Assembly (NCBI GenBank): GCA_050950825.1
Contig: JBMNIH010000008.1
Coordinates: forward strand, 1-64,000
DNA: 64,000 bases
DNA from: Clostridia bacterium
GTDB taxonomy: Bacteria > Bacillota > Clostridia > JAAYHZ01
Direction of reading: 5' to 3'
Made by a program: the position numbers and the translations under genes
The notes under the pieces: generated by a model
Databases searched by the model: none
Told to the model about the DNA's origin: nothing
Seen by the model: only the letters and a program-made list of their open reading frames with translations
Part shown: piece by piece, positions 9,695 to 19,804 of the stretch
Position numbering within the stretch: position 1 is the first letter of the stretch
How the letters are laid out: each line of letters starts with the position of its first letter

Positions 9695-11095
9695 TTATAT
9701 TCTTTTCCAACGAACACCTTGGGGTGTATCTTCCAAAACGATTCCCATTTCTTTTAATCGGTCACGGATGGCGTCCGCTTCCGCCCAATTTTTGTTTTTC
9801 CGAGCTTCTTGGCGTTTTTCGATTAAGTCTTTAATCTTTTGGTCGATATCTTCATCCTCGTCCTTTTCGTTGCCTAAAAGCCCCAGTACGCCGCCTAGCT
9901 CCTTGAATAAATCATACACAACCTTGGCTTCCGCCGGATTTAACGCTTGGCCGTTTATCAAGCCGTTTGCGTACCGTACCATTTCAAACAAAACGGAAAC
10001 GGCATCGGCGGTATTCAAATCGTCGTCCATGGCCTCGATAAACTTTTCTTTGTATCCCTTCAAGTTTTCGACCAGCTCCTCCGACAGCGCTCCTCCGGTT
10101 ACGCCTTCTTTAAATATCCGCTTTAAGTTTAAAAGGCATTCGTATATACGGTCCAATCCTTTCTCCGCCTGCTGCAAAAGCTCGTCGCTGAAATTGATGG
10201 GGCTTCGGTAGTGAGCCGACAGCATGAAGAATCGCAGCACCTCGTAATCGAAGTGTTTTACGATGTCTCTTACGGTAAAGAAGTTTCCTTTGGATTTGGA
10301 CATTTTTTCGTTGTTTATATTGATGAACCCGTTGTGGAGCCAGTAGCGGGCAAAGGTTTTACCGGTTGCGCTCTCGCTTTGGGCGATCTCGTTTTCATGG
10401 TGAGGGAACACCAAATCGGCCCCGCCGCAGTGTATGTCGATGGTGTCTCCTAAATATTTCATGGACATGACGGAGCATTCGATATGCCATCCCGGCCGGC
10501 CTTCTCCCCAAGGGCTGTTCCAGTAAGGTTCGTTTTCCTTTTTGGCTTTCCACAATACGAAATCCATGGGGTTTCTTTTGCGGTCGTCCACTTCGATTCG
10601 CGCACCCAATTCCAGTTCATCCAAATTTTTATTGGACAATTTGCCGTATTCGGGATTTTTGGAGGTGTCGTAATACACATCACCGCCCGCTTCGTAGGCA
10701 TAGCCTTTTTCCATCAAGGTTTTTATAAACGCAATGATATCGTCGATATGCTCCGTAGCCTTCGGATGCACCGAAGCCGGGCGTATGCCCAATCCTTTCG
10801 CATCGATTTCGTATTCTTTAATAAACCGATCGGCCAGCTCCTTGACGGTAATTCCTTCTTCGTTGGCTCGATTGATCATTTTATCGTCAATATCCGTATA
10901 GTTTTGGACGAATGTCACATCGTATCCCCGGTATTCGAAATATCTTCTTAAGCAGTCAAATATAATAAAGGGACGTGCATTTCCAATATGAAAGTAGTTG
11001 TAAACGGTCGGTCCGCAAGAATATATCTTTACCTTGTTATCTTCTAAGGGCACAAACTCTTCTTTTTTCCTCGTCATGGTGTTATACAGCTTCAT
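9695..11095 (-). CDS. cysS: Cysteinyl-tRNA synthetase
   Basis: [20 protein letters not shown] and KMSKS motifs. Confidence 0.98.
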   Translation of the reverse strand: MKLYNTMTRKKEEFVPLEDNKVKIYSCGPTVYNYFHIGNARPFIIFDCLRRYFEYRGYDVTFVQNYTDIDDKMINRANEEGITVKELADRFIKEYEIDAKGLGIRPASVHPKATEHIDDIIAFIKTLMEKGYAYEAGGDVYYDTSKNPEYGKLSNKNLDELELGARIEVDDRKRNPMDFVLWKAKKENEPYWNSPWGEGRPGWHIECSVMSMKYLGDTIDIHCGGADLVFPHHENEIAQSESATGKTFARYWLHNGFININNEKMSKSKGNFFTVRDIVKHFDYEVLRFFMLSAHYRSPINFSDELLQQAEKGLDRIYECLLNLKRIFKEGVTGGALSEELVENLKGYKEKFIEAMDDDLNTADAVSVLFEMVRYANGLINGQALNPAEAKVVYDLFKELGGVLGLLGNEKDEDEDIDQKIKDLIEKRQEARKNKNWAEADAIRDRLKEMGIVLEDTPQGVRWKRI

Positions 11096-11292
11096 TATTT
11101 TCCATCCTCCGTCTAACAATATCGTATCCTAATCGTTCATGATTAAACCTATTGTAGCAGAGGTATATAGGTTTATTCAATGCTATTATGCTCGGTTTTG
11201 CGGGTTTTTACCAAGGGAAGGAGAAATCTGCATAACTTGCCGGCCGATTCGTTTTAAAAAAGGTTTTGTATCAATCAAAAAAGCAATATGAA

Positions 11293-11326
11293 AGACCGTA
11301 CAATCGAATTTACTCGTGTACGGTCT
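11293..11326 (-). terminator. Hairpin, probable terminator of the 11402-12301 gene
   Basis: AGACCGTACA / TGTACGGTCT inverted repeat. Confidence 0.45.
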
Positions 11327-11401
11327 CATTCGGCTCACAAAGCCTTTTTCTTAAGACAGGCTTTCTTTGGTATTTTTTTGCTTTACGATGCCGGCTTCCT
11401 T

Positions 11402-12301
11402 CTAGAAATTGAACTTGCCATTTCCGTCTCTATCCGGCAGTGCTCCGGGGAAGTCGAAGATCTGGGGAGGGAAGAATTCTTCAACCGGGAAATCAATGGT
11501 ATCGAAGATATCGCAAGGATTTTCATCGGTGGAAGCCATGCATTCTTTTTCAGGTACGCAGAAGGAGAATGCAGGTACTAACAATTGTACAACACGGAGC
11601 AGTTTGGTAATGGAGAACAATCCGATGGAAACCACGACCTCTTTCGTGGGTCCTCTGTGGTGTTCTTCCGTTCCGGCAACATCGGTTTCATTGTCGCACA
11701 AGCAATCGAGGATGCATCTCGGAATGTCTTCTAAGCAGCAGCAGTCGTGTTTTTCACAAACTTCAACGATTCGAGCATTCAGAGGAATCGGTTCCGCAAC
11801 TTCTACTTTTACGATCGGCAGATTGTCTTGCTGCAACGTGTCTCCGAGTTCTTGTATGGAGTTGCCTTCACGGGAGTTCGAGCGGAAGATCTTGACGCCT
11901 CCTTCCGATCCGAACAGGATTACTTTCTTATCGAAAATAACCAATCCTTCAACTTGGATGGTATGATGTCCCTTCGGATTGCTCGGTACCAAGAAGCTCA
12001 AGGTGACTTTAATGAAGTACTTCGTATGCACCGTATAGAATCCTCTTTTGAAAGGCAGCGGTTCCACGTCGGTATATACAAATTTCACTTCGGCATCCGT
12101 AATCTTTACGCTGACGGCTCTGTTGACGATCATCTGGACCCATCTCGGATTTTTGAATATGACCTGAGCGTCTTCCAAACAATCCTTGTCTTTGCAGGAA
12201 TCATATATTTTCTCTGTATGTATACATACAGCTTCTCTTATATGACACAAATCTCCTTCGTTGATTAATCCGGGAACTACCTTATGACGATCCAAACCCA
12301 T
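11402..12301 (-). CDS. Cys-rich clostridial conserved protein, candidate spore-coat component
   Basis: EAVCIHTEKIYDSCKDKDC N-terminus, HDCCC cluster, CVPEKEC/NPCDIF C-terminus, and a mother-cell-type promoter upstream. Confidence 0.55.
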   Translation of the reverse strand: MGLDRHKVVPGLINEGDLCHIREAVCIHTEKIYDSCKDKDCLEDAQVIFKNPRWVQMIVNRAVSVKITDAEVKFVYTDVEPLPFKRGFYTVHTKYFIKVTLSFLVPSNPKGHHTIQVEGLVIFDKKVILFGSEGGVKIFRSNSREGNSIQELGDTLQQDNLPIVKVEVAEPIPLNARIVEVCEKHDCCCLEDIPRCILDCLCDNETDVAGTEEHHRGPTKEVVVSIGLFSITKLLRVVQLLVPAFSFCVPEKECMASTDENPCDIFDTIDFPVEEFFPPQIFDFPGALPDRDGNGKFNF

Positions 12302-12335
12302 TCATTTGCCTCCTTAATAATTTAATTTACAATGT

Positions 12336-12371
12336 ATATTATGAATATTGCGCCAAGATGTTACATAATAT
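12336..12371. promoter_or_regulatory. Overlapping divergent sigmaK/sigmaE-type promoters
   Basis: Minus strand: AC-16 nt-CATAATATA (sigmaK-like). Plus strand: GAATATT-14 nt-CATAATAT (sigmaE-like). Confidence 0.5.
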
Positions 12372-12391
12372 TTAGAGAATTCTAAAAGGAA

Positions 12392-13588
12392 GTGATTTTT
12401 TTGTCCAATTATCCGAATTCGCAATATATCGCCATCAAATCCGACGGTACCGTCATCAACTACTACTACCACGGAGATTTCGGCATATGCTCCTCGGTTT
12501 TATCTTCTCCGGGCAAATGGAACAATGCCGTCTCCAATGCCGATGATGCGAAAAAGGACTATTCCGTCGGAATGGATGTCCAAGACACGGTATATATTAT
12601 TTACCGAAACAAAGAAGGGTCCATCAAGGTAATTCTTCATAACGGCCTGGTTTCAAAAACCATGGAGCTTTTGCGAAGCAAAAGCAACCCGGACTACAAC
12701 ATGTTCCCCCAAATCATCCCTTCTTCGGAGCTTTGCCACGTCTTTTATATCATCGAAAATGCAGGCAAAAAAATCATATGTCATCAAACGTTAAAATCCG
12801 GAAAGCCCTTAACCCCCGTTGCCATTGATTACATAAAATACGATCCCGTATACGCTCCTTATTCCGTCGCCAATACAAGCGGCCGCATCTTTCTTCTATA
12901 CACCGCTCTTACCGATGAACAAGAAACGCCGGGATACAAAATATACGATAAAAGCACGAGCAAATGGAGCAAGCTGATCCCCTTGACCAAGCCCGGCCAA
13001 GCCCTTTATTCCCCTTTCATATCCTCTTGTGACGACCGGGTTTTAATAACCTATGTGAAAAAGTACGAAGACGCTACCTATATCATCACCCGTTCCCTGT
13101 CGAATACGGACGGGTCTCCGTTAGCGGAACAGGAAACCCTCCGATGCACGGATCCCGATATTTTCCCGAAGCTTTTAATGCTTCCCAACGAAAACATCAT
13201 CCATTGGCGAGAAGATCGTCAAGTCAAATACGTATCCTTTTTCAACAGCGCCAAAAACCCTTCCTTGCGAACCTTGGAGTTCGCCGATCGAAATCCCTCC
13301 TTGGATTTCAACGTGATAGCCAATATCAACCAAAAGCTCGTACAAGGCTGGTTGGTTCCGGGGAATTTTTCCAACGGCTTGACTTTGGGATTTATTCAAA
13401 TTCCCGAGCCGTCGGGTGCGTCGCGAACACCCGCCCCCTATTTACACGAAACGAAATCCTCCTCGTCCTATTTTGCCCTAAGCGACGAATACAAGGTTTT
13501 TGAAAGGATGCAGGGAAAGATTGCGGATTTGGAGAAAAAAATACGACAGCTTTCCGATCGTATATCCGCATTAGAGAAGAATCGATAG
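12392..13588 (+). CDS. Hypothetical protein, beta-rich with C-terminal coiled coil
   Basis: 398-aa ORF with AAGGA RBS region. No family recognised. Confidence 0.6.
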   Translation: MIFLSNYPNSQYIAIKSDGTVINYYYHGDFGICSSVLSSPGKWNNAVSNADDAKKDYSVGMDVQDTVYIIYRNKEGSIKVILHNGLVSKTMELLRSKSNPDYNMFPQIIPSSELCHVFYIIENAGKKIICHQTLKSGKPLTPVAIDYIKYDPVYAPYSVANTSGRIFLLYTALTDEQETPGYKIYDKSTSKWSKLIPLTKPGQALYSPFISSCDDRVLITYVKKYEDATYIITRSLSNTDGSPLAEQETLRCTDPDIFPKLLMLPNENIIHWREDRQVKYVSFFNSAKNPSLRTLEFADRNPSLDFNVIANINQKLVQGWLVPGNFSNGLTLGFIQIPEPSGASRTPAPYLHETKSSSSYFALSDEYKVFERMQGKIADLEKKIRQLSDRISALEKNR

Positions 13589-13589
13589 A

Positions 13590-14768
13590 TTAGCCTTTCT
13601 TTTTGACAATAACAAAAGCGGTGGCCATGGGGCGCTCCTGCCCTTTGAATGAAGGTCGATTGACGATTTCGCCGTTAATAATCATCTCGCTGTTGGCGCC
13701 GCCGTCCAATAACGCTCCCTCCGTTATACCCAATTCGATCATGATATCCGAAAGCTCCTTTGCCGTAACCCCGATGCTGTATCCGGGCTGACGTCCGTCT
13801 ACCAAAACAAAAACCGGATTTCCCGATGCGTTTATACCTACCGCCGTTCGAGGGTCGTAGCTTTCAAGGGTTCCCACCCAACCGCTGAACATTGGAGCAA
13901 CGTTTTTTCCGTCCTCCACCAATCGGTCTCCGCATTCGTAAGCCCAATCTCCTTCTTTCAATACCGGATCAAAATGAAGAGTGACCTTTTCAAAGGGTAC
14001 AAAAAAGGATGTTAAGAGATCTTGGTCGAAGGGTTTTCCAACGGTAATCAAGTATCCGTTGTTCGGAATCTCCTTTTCTCCCGATACGATCTCCGCCTTT
14101 TGAATGACATCCTCGACAACAGTCACGCAAAAATATTCTTGATCCAACCGATCGGTTTTCCCGTACAAGGGATTGTAGATAATCACGTTGGATACGTACT
14201 CGTGAGGCTTGTTCACCCCGTGAATTTTCATCCTTTGTCCTTTTATCTCGATGTGACCTGAGAAGTCTTTGGATTCCATAAAAAAGTATTGACCGTCCTT
14301 GTATACCAAAACCGGGTATTGATCGGTCTTCCAATTGAAAAATTCGGTTCCTTGTATAAGGACGCCTCCGTGCCGCCCGTAAGCATAGGAAAATCCGCCG
14401 TTTACCCCTCCTTCGGCGTGATGCTTTTCTATGATTTCCGACAAGAGCCGATACCCGAACACCTCGTTATATGCCGGAACGGGCAAAAGCATGTATTCTT
14501 TGCTGTCCTTCGGCATTTCCAATACAAAAACCTTGGAGGTTCTGCCGCCGAAATTCTTCGTGAAAGAATAAAAGAGGATTCCCGTATCCGATTCCTCGGA
14601 ACGGGTCTCCTCTTCACTTTCCTTTATACTTTCGGTAACCGCCTCGGTCGTTGTGCCTTCTACCTTCGTTTCAAAAGGCAATGTCTCTTGCTCGTTCCTT
14701 TGGGGACTGCATCGGGTAAATAAAAACAAAAGACCCAACAAAACCAAGAGCAATTTCCAAGGCTTCAT
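13590..14768 (-). CDS. Phosphodiester glycosidase (NAGPA-like) lipoprotein
   Basis: Signal peptide with Cys, VNGGF, PRTAVG, VDGRQ and LDGGANS motifs. Confidence 0.85.
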   Translation of the reverse strand: MKPWKLLLVLLGLLFLFTRCSPQRNEQETLPFETKVEGTTTEAVTESIKESEEETRSEESDTGILFYSFTKNFGGRTSKVFVLEMPKDSKEYMLLPVPAYNEVFGYRLLSEIIEKHHAEGGVNGGFSYAYGRHGGVLIQGTEFFNWKTDQYPVLVYKDGQYFFMESKDFSGHIEIKGQRMKIHGVNKPHEYVSNVIIYNPLYGKTDRLDQEYFCVTVVEDVIQKAEIVSGEKEIPNNGYLITVGKPFDQDLLTSFFVPFEKVTLHFDPVLKEGDWAYECGDRLVEDGKNVAPMFSGWVGTLESYDPRTAVGINASGNPVFVLVDGRQPGYSIGVTAKELSDIMIELGITEGALLDGGANSEMIINGEIVNRPSFKGQERPMATAFVIVKKKG

Positions 14769-14785
14769 GCTTCGTTTTTTCCGTT

Positions 14786-15808
14786 TTAATATTTGTCTTT
14801 GTTAAATTCCAACTGTTCCAGCATATCGCTGTATTCAAGAGCGATACCGGTTCCGATGGCCACGCAGGAAATGGGATCTTCCGCAACCACAACGTTGATT
14901 CCGGTTTTTTCTTGGATCAGCTTGTCCAACCCGTGGAGCAGGCTTCCTCCACCGGTCATGACGATGCCTCGTTCTCCGATGTCAGCGGCAAGCTCCGGCG
15001 GCGTGTTTTCCAAAACCAAGCGAACGGCTTCCACGATACTGGTAACCACCTCTTCCAAAGCATCCAGCATTTCCGAAGAGGATACTTCGATGGTTCGAGG
15101 CAGACCGGATATGAGGTTTCGACCGCGAACTTCCATGGTTACTTCTTGGGCTCTCGGATAAGCGGTACCGATTCTCATTTTCATTTCTTCCGCCGTACGA
15201 TATCCGATGGCCAAGCTGTGCTTTTTCTTCATGTACTTGACGATGGCTTCGTCAAACTTATCTCCGGCAATCTTCAGCGATTCGCTGACGACGGTTCCGT
15301 TCAAAGAGATGACGGCGATATCGGTGGTTCCTCCGCCGACGTCCACAACCATGCTGCCGCATGCCTTGGAAATGTCGATTCCGGCACCTAAAGCCGCCGC
15401 GATAGGCTCTTCGATTAACATGGTTTTGCGGGCTCCCGCTTTTTCCGCCGCCATGACAACGGCTCTTCTTTCCACTTCCGTAACGCCGGAAGGAACGCAA
15501 ATCATGAATCGGGGCTTGAATAATTTATACATCATTCCCCTGCATACCTTGTCGATAAAGTATTTCAGCATCTTTTCGGTGATTTCATAATCCGAGATGA
15601 CGCCTTCGGACAAAGGACGAATAGCCACAATATTTCCGGGTGTCCTTCCTAACATCAAGCGAGCGGCTTCCCCTACGGCCAATACTTTTCCGGTATTTCT
15701 ATCGATAGCAACAACCGACGGTTCTTGCAGAACAATTCCTTTTCCTTTAATATAAACAAGCACGCTTGCCGTGCCTAAGTCAATTCCAATATCCAATCCG
15801 ATACCCAA
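14786..15808 (-). CDS. mbl: MreB-like actin homologue Mbl
   Basis: IGIDLGT, EPIAAA, VDVGGGTTD and MTGGGSLL motifs. Directly downstream of spoIIID. TTG start inferred. Confidence 0.9.
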   Translation of the reverse strand: MGIGLDIGIDLGTASVLVYIKGKGIVLQEPSVVAIDRNTGKVLAVGEAARLMLGRTPGNIVAIRPLSEGVISDYEITEKMLKYFIDKVCRGMMYKLFKPRFMICVPSGVTEVERRAVVMAAEKAGARKTMLIEEPIAAALGAGIDISKACGSMVVDVGGGTTDIAVISLNGTVVSESLKIAGDKFDEAIVKYMKKKHSLAIGYRTAEEMKMRIGTAYPRAQEVTMEVRGRNLISGLPRTIEVSSSEMLDALEEVVTSIVEAVRLVLENTPPELAADIGERGIVMTGGGSLLHGLDKLIQEKTGINVVVAEDPISCVAIGTGIALEYSDMLEQLEFNKDKY

Positions 15809-16032
15809 ACAACAACAACCCCTTCCTGTACGATAGCAATAACGATCCGGAGCGGTTTTATATTCTACTCCCTCGGTGATTTTTATATATTTTACAAGCT
15901 TTTTTCCCAAAGACTTGAAGCTTTCCTTTTTGTACTCGCATCAAATAAATCACAATTATTATTCTATCCTAAAGGAAGAGTACAATGCAAGACGTTTTGT
16001 GAAAAATAAGAGGGGCATGAAAACGAGGGCAT

Positions 16033-16077
16033 AAAAAACTTGAGGCACTGCATCGCCGACATAAAGATGCAGTGCCT
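16033..16077 (-). terminator. spoIIID terminator
   Basis: AGGCACTGCATC / GATGCAGTGCCT stem followed by a U-rich tract on the minus strand. Confidence 0.65.
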
Positions 16078-16101
16078 AGTTCGTTCATTTTTATCTCCAT
16101 A

Positions 16102-16347
16102 TTACCTCTTGTATTTTTTTCTTGTAGCCTCTCCTCCTCGAATGTGTCGTTCCTCCTTGTTCAAGTCCAATATCTTCCTTACTTCCGCCGCCAGATCCGC
16201 ATCAACTTCCGGTAATCTGTCCGTTACGTCCTTATGTACCGTCGATTTGGAAACCCCTAAGAATTTTGCTGTCGCCCTCACGGTAGATTTATTGTCAATG
16301 ATATGCAACGCCGAATCGATCACTCTTTTTTCAATGTCCGGTCGCAA
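16102..16347 (-). CDS. spoIIID: Stage III sporulation transcription factor SpoIIID
   Basis: TVRATAKFLGVSKSTVHKDVTDRL and RHIRGGEATRKKY. Confidence 0.96.
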   Translation of the reverse strand: MRPDIEKRVIDSALHIIDNKSTVRATAKFLGVSKSTVHKDVTDRLPEVDADLAAEVRKILDLNKEERHIRGGEATRKKYKR

Positions 16348-16381
16348 CTATATTCCCCCGCTCTTGGTTCAATCTCAATAG

Positions 16382-16410
16382 ATTATATGACCCGGCCGGC
16401 CGGTTTATGA
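16382..16410 (-). promoter_or_regulatory. sigmaE promoter of spoIIID
   Basis: TCATAAA-14 nt-CATATAAT on the minus strand. spoIIID is an established sigmaE target. Confidence 0.75.
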
Positions 16411-16579
16411 TTGAATCGGCCACAAGATTGTTCCGCTCTTCGTAAAAATGGAAAAACGGCTATAATAATTTGGGACGGGTGCCGTCCGTTGCTTACGACA
16501 TTCGTTTATGCTATACTAAATCGGCAACAAGCAAGGAAAAAGATAAGGCTTGTTTATAAAAACCGGAAAAGGAGAATGT

Positions 16580-18451
16580 ATGGGAGAACTGCACGGAGAT
16601 ATCTCAACAATTTCAAAAAACCAAATCAAGGCCATCGAAGCTCTGTACGATTATCGTATGGACTTCAACCAATTTGCTTCAAAAGAGCTGCTCAGGGAGA
16701 TGGCGCGCCTTTCCCATGAGATCGATAAAGAAATCGCCGTCTACATCAATCGAAGAGGCATTGTAAATTCCGTCAGCGTAGGAACGGAAAAAACCGCTCC
16801 CTTGCCGAAACCGGACGGCCGAAGAAGCCTTACCGCGACAAACGGGATTCGCTGCGTTCACACCCATCCGAACGGCTCCTCCCGGTTATCGCAAATCGAC
16901 TTAAACTCCCTTCACACCATGAACTTTGATGCCATGGCCGCCGTATCGGTGAAAGACGGAAGACCGGAAACCGTTTCCGTCGCCTTGCCTACCGAATTGT
17001 ATTTGTCCTTTGACGTAGCGCAAGACGAGACGGTCAAAGCCATCCAAAGTGCAGGTAAAGCCAACATCTACGGTCCCTACTTCTATTATGACCCGGCATT
17101 AGATCAAATCATGCTGATGATTCGGGAAAATGACCGTATTTTGAAAAAGGACATATTCGAAACGGCAACAACCGATGATCGTGCCATTTTAATAGCCATT
17201 GAAACTCCGGATTCCAAACCCGTCGGCGGACGTTCCGAAGCCGAGATTTCGTTGGATGAGTTGGAGGAATTGACCTATACGGCAGGCGGAATCGTGTTGG
17301 AGAAGATCTCCCAAAAAAGGCCGAACATCGACCCGGCTTACATGGTGGGAAAAGGAAAATTGGAAGAAATCGCTCTTTTACGGCAAGCCCTCGGAGCCAA
17401 TTTATTGATATTTGACAACGAGCTTACCGGAACCCAGGTAAGAAACATCCAAAAAGTCACCGGAGCACGTGTTTTGGACCGAACCAACCTGATACTGGAC
17501 ATATTCGCCGGCCGTGCCAAATCGAAAGAAGGGAAACTCCAAGTGGAGCTTGCCCAATTAAAATATACCATGCCGCGTCTTCTGGGGTTAGGAGAAGAGC
17601 TTTCACGATTGGGAGGCGGAATCGGCACCCGCGGTCCCGGGGAAACCATGTTGGAAACGGACCGAAGACACGTCTTAAGAAGAATCGCATCGCTGGAAAA
17701 GCAATTGGAGTCGGTGAAAAGGCAACGAGACGTTTTACACCGAAAAAGAGAAAAAAGCCGACTGCCGGTGTTTGCATTGGTCGGATACACAAACGCGGGA
17801 AAATCCACGTTGTTGAACAAAGTATGCAATGCCGATGTGTTTGTCGAAGATAAGCTTTTTGCAACCTTGGACCCGTCCACCCGCATGTTCGAGCTGAATA
17901 CGGGTCAATACGTTACCCAAGCCCTTATGACCGACACCGTCGGATTTATTCGTAACCTGCCTCACCATTTGGTGGAAGCATTTAAATCTACCCTAGAGGA
18001 AGTTCTTTATGCCGACGTAATCCTGCACGTGGTAGACGCTTCCGATCCTTTGGCTCAAGACAAAATCGCGGTTGCCGAAAAGATCCTTGGCGATTTGGGA
18101 GCATCCAAAACGCCCACCCTATTGGTGCTTAACAAAATGGATTTGCCGGGAGCGAAGGACAACTTTTTAAGAATCGATCACCGATGTCCTTGGGTGGAGG
18201 TTTCCGCCGTAACCGGAGAAGGATTGGACAATCTTTACCGAGCCATGGCCCAAATGATAACGGAAAAAACCGTGTCGGATACGTTGACGGTACCATACAG
18301 AAATGCAGGATTTGCTTCCTTTGTACGAAAGCATGCCCTTTCGGTACAGGAGCATTATACCGACAACGGAATCGAAATCGCCTACGAGGCATACCAAAGC
18401 GCAGCCAACCGAATCAAAGCCCAATACGAAAGCTTGGTTACGGAGCAATAA
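16580..18451 (+). CDS. hflX: GTPase HflX, long form with N-terminal extension
   Basis: GIGTRGPGET, GYTNAGKS, DTVGF and NKMD motifs, plus ~200 extra N-terminal residues. Confidence 0.93.
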   Translation: MGELHGDISTISKNQIKAIEALYDYRMDFNQFASKELLREMARLSHEIDKEIAVYINRRGIVNSVSVGTEKTAPLPKPDGRRSLTATNGIRCVHTHPNGSSRLSQIDLNSLHTMNFDAMAAVSVKDGRPETVSVALPTELYLSFDVAQDETVKAIQSAGKANIYGPYFYYDPALDQIMLMIRENDRILKKDIFETATTDDRAILIAIETPDSKPVGGRSEAEISLDELEELTYTAGGIVLEKISQKRPNIDPAYMVGKGKLEEIALLRQALGANLLIFDNELTGTQVRNIQKVTGARVLDRTNLILDIFAGRAKSKEGKLQVELAQLKYTMPRLLGLGEELSRLGGGIGTRGPGETMLETDRRHVLRRIASLEKQLESVKRQRDVLHRKREKSRLPVFALVGYTNAGKSTLLNKVCNADVFVEDKLFATLDPSTRMFELNTGQYVTQALMTDTVGFIRNLPHHLVEAFKSTLEEVLYADVILHVVDASDPLAQDKIAVAEKILGDLGASKTPTLLVLNKMDLPGAKDNFLRIDHRCPWVEVSAVTGEGLDNLYRAMAQMITEKTVSDTLTVPYRNAGFASFVRKHALSVQEHYTDNGIEIAYEAYQSAANRIKAQYESLVTEQ

Positions 18452-18472
18452 GAATTTCAAGGTTTTACGTAC

Positions 18473-18517
18473 AAAAAAAGCGTTACTCTCGATAATCGGA
18501 AGTAACGCTTATTTTTT
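18473..18517. terminator. Bidirectional terminator between hflX and prsA
   Basis: AAGCGTTACT / AGTAACGCTT stem with an A-tract and a T-tract on the flanks. Confidence 0.75.
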
Positions 18518-18542
18518 CTTTGCTTATTCGTTTTGCTTTCTT

Positions 18543-19661
18543 TTATTCAAACAAGCTGCCGAAGGAGCTTCGGAAATTTATTGCGTATTCGCCTTCTTTA
18601 AGTGCTTTGATTTCTTCGTTGAATTTTATGGCCGGCATTTGGGATTTTACAATATCCTTGTTGGCTTCATATCCGAATAAATGCTCCATAACTTCGATGA
18701 TGTGGAATCCGTATTCGGTCCTTACAATGTCAATGGTTCCGGGCTCGTTTTCAAAGCAGAATTTTTCAAATTCTTCTACCATTTGATTTTTTCTGAAGGT
18801 GAACTTTCCTCCGTCGGGAACCGATGCGGTATCCTCGGAGTATTCCTCTACCATCGCTTCAAAATCGGCTTCGCCGTCCTTGATGGATTGCAGGATATCT
18901 TCCGCTTTTTTCTGCAAGCCTTGGATTTTCACTTCGCTGTCGCCTTCGTTAATCTTCAGAAGAATATGCCTTGCCGTAACTCGATCAAAAAGGTCTTTGT
19001 TTTCTTCGTAATAGCTTTGGTATTCTTCTTCGGTAAATTCCTTGTTCTGCACGGTTTGATTGGCATACTTGTCCCCTAAAAATACCTTTTCATAGATTTT
19101 AACCACTTTTCTGAAAGGCAGTCCGTAATTCGCTTTGGATATCGTATTGATGGATACGCCGTATTGGTTCGCCGGTTCTTCCATCATATTTCTCAAACCG
19201 GTTATCATATTGTTGATCTCTTCTTGCGTGAGAGACACCCCGTTTTTCCTGGCTAAATCATAATAGACGGCATAGTCATGAACCTGTTGGGTGGCACTGG
19301 CGATTGCCGCGCTTTGCACGGTAATTCCGCCGCCTAAGTCTTGCTTCAAGAATTCATCCATGCTCAATCTATTGGTATTGTAATTCATATAATAGCTGTT
19401 CAAAACTTGGGTATGGAAAAAGATATACTCATCCCTCGATATTTTATAATCACCCGCCGTTGCAACCGTATTGGGGATAATTAAAAAAACTACGGCAAGC
19501 AAAAGGCATACCGCAACAACACCGGATATCCCGTATATGGAATACCGAACGATGTTTTCCGGATCCGGACCGGTTTTTCCTTTTTTGCCGACAACCTTTG
19601 AAGATTTGACCTGTTTAGCGTTCAAAAAATCCTCTCCCTTCCAAAATTTCTGCCGTTTCAT
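18543..19661 (-). CDS. prsA: Parvulin-type peptidyl-prolyl isomerase (PrsA-like foldase)
   Basis: TM anchor, ARHIL, YSED, MVEEFE and TEYGFHII motifs. Downstream of mfd. The true start may be TTG 19625. Confidence 0.8.
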   Translation of the reverse strand: MKRQKFWKGEDFLNAKQVKSSKVVGKKGKTGPDPENIVRYSIYGISGVVAVCLLLAVVFLIIPNTVATAGDYKISRDEYIFFHTQVLNSYYMNYNTNRLSMDEFLKQDLGGGITVQSAAIASATQQVHDYAVYYDLARKNGVSLTQEEINNMITGLRNMMEEPANQYGVSINTISKANYGLPFRKVVKIYEKVFLGDKYANQTVQNKEFTEEEYQSYYEENKDLFDRVTARHILLKINEGDSEVKIQGLQKKAEDILQSIKDGEADFEAMVEEYSEDTASVPDGGKFTFRKNQMVEEFEKFCFENEPGTIDIVRTEYGFHIIEVMEHLFGYEANKDIVKSQMPAIKFNEEIKALKEGEYAINFRSSFGSLFE

Positions 19662-19804
19662 ATACTCAACGTATCATGCACATGATCGCATACGTTCAAA
19701 TATTCAGCAAAATCATTATACTAAATCGAAATGTTCTTTTCAAAGATTTTCAACATCGTTTACAAAAAGTTAATGATTAATCGTTATTCCCGGCATCATG
19801 CTCC

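Noticed and set aside
11096-11290. T-box leader upstream of cysS
   Set aside because: No GGTGG-ACC-CG T-box sequence was seen. A TTGAAT-17-TACAAT promoter lies only ~60 nt before the start, leaving no room.
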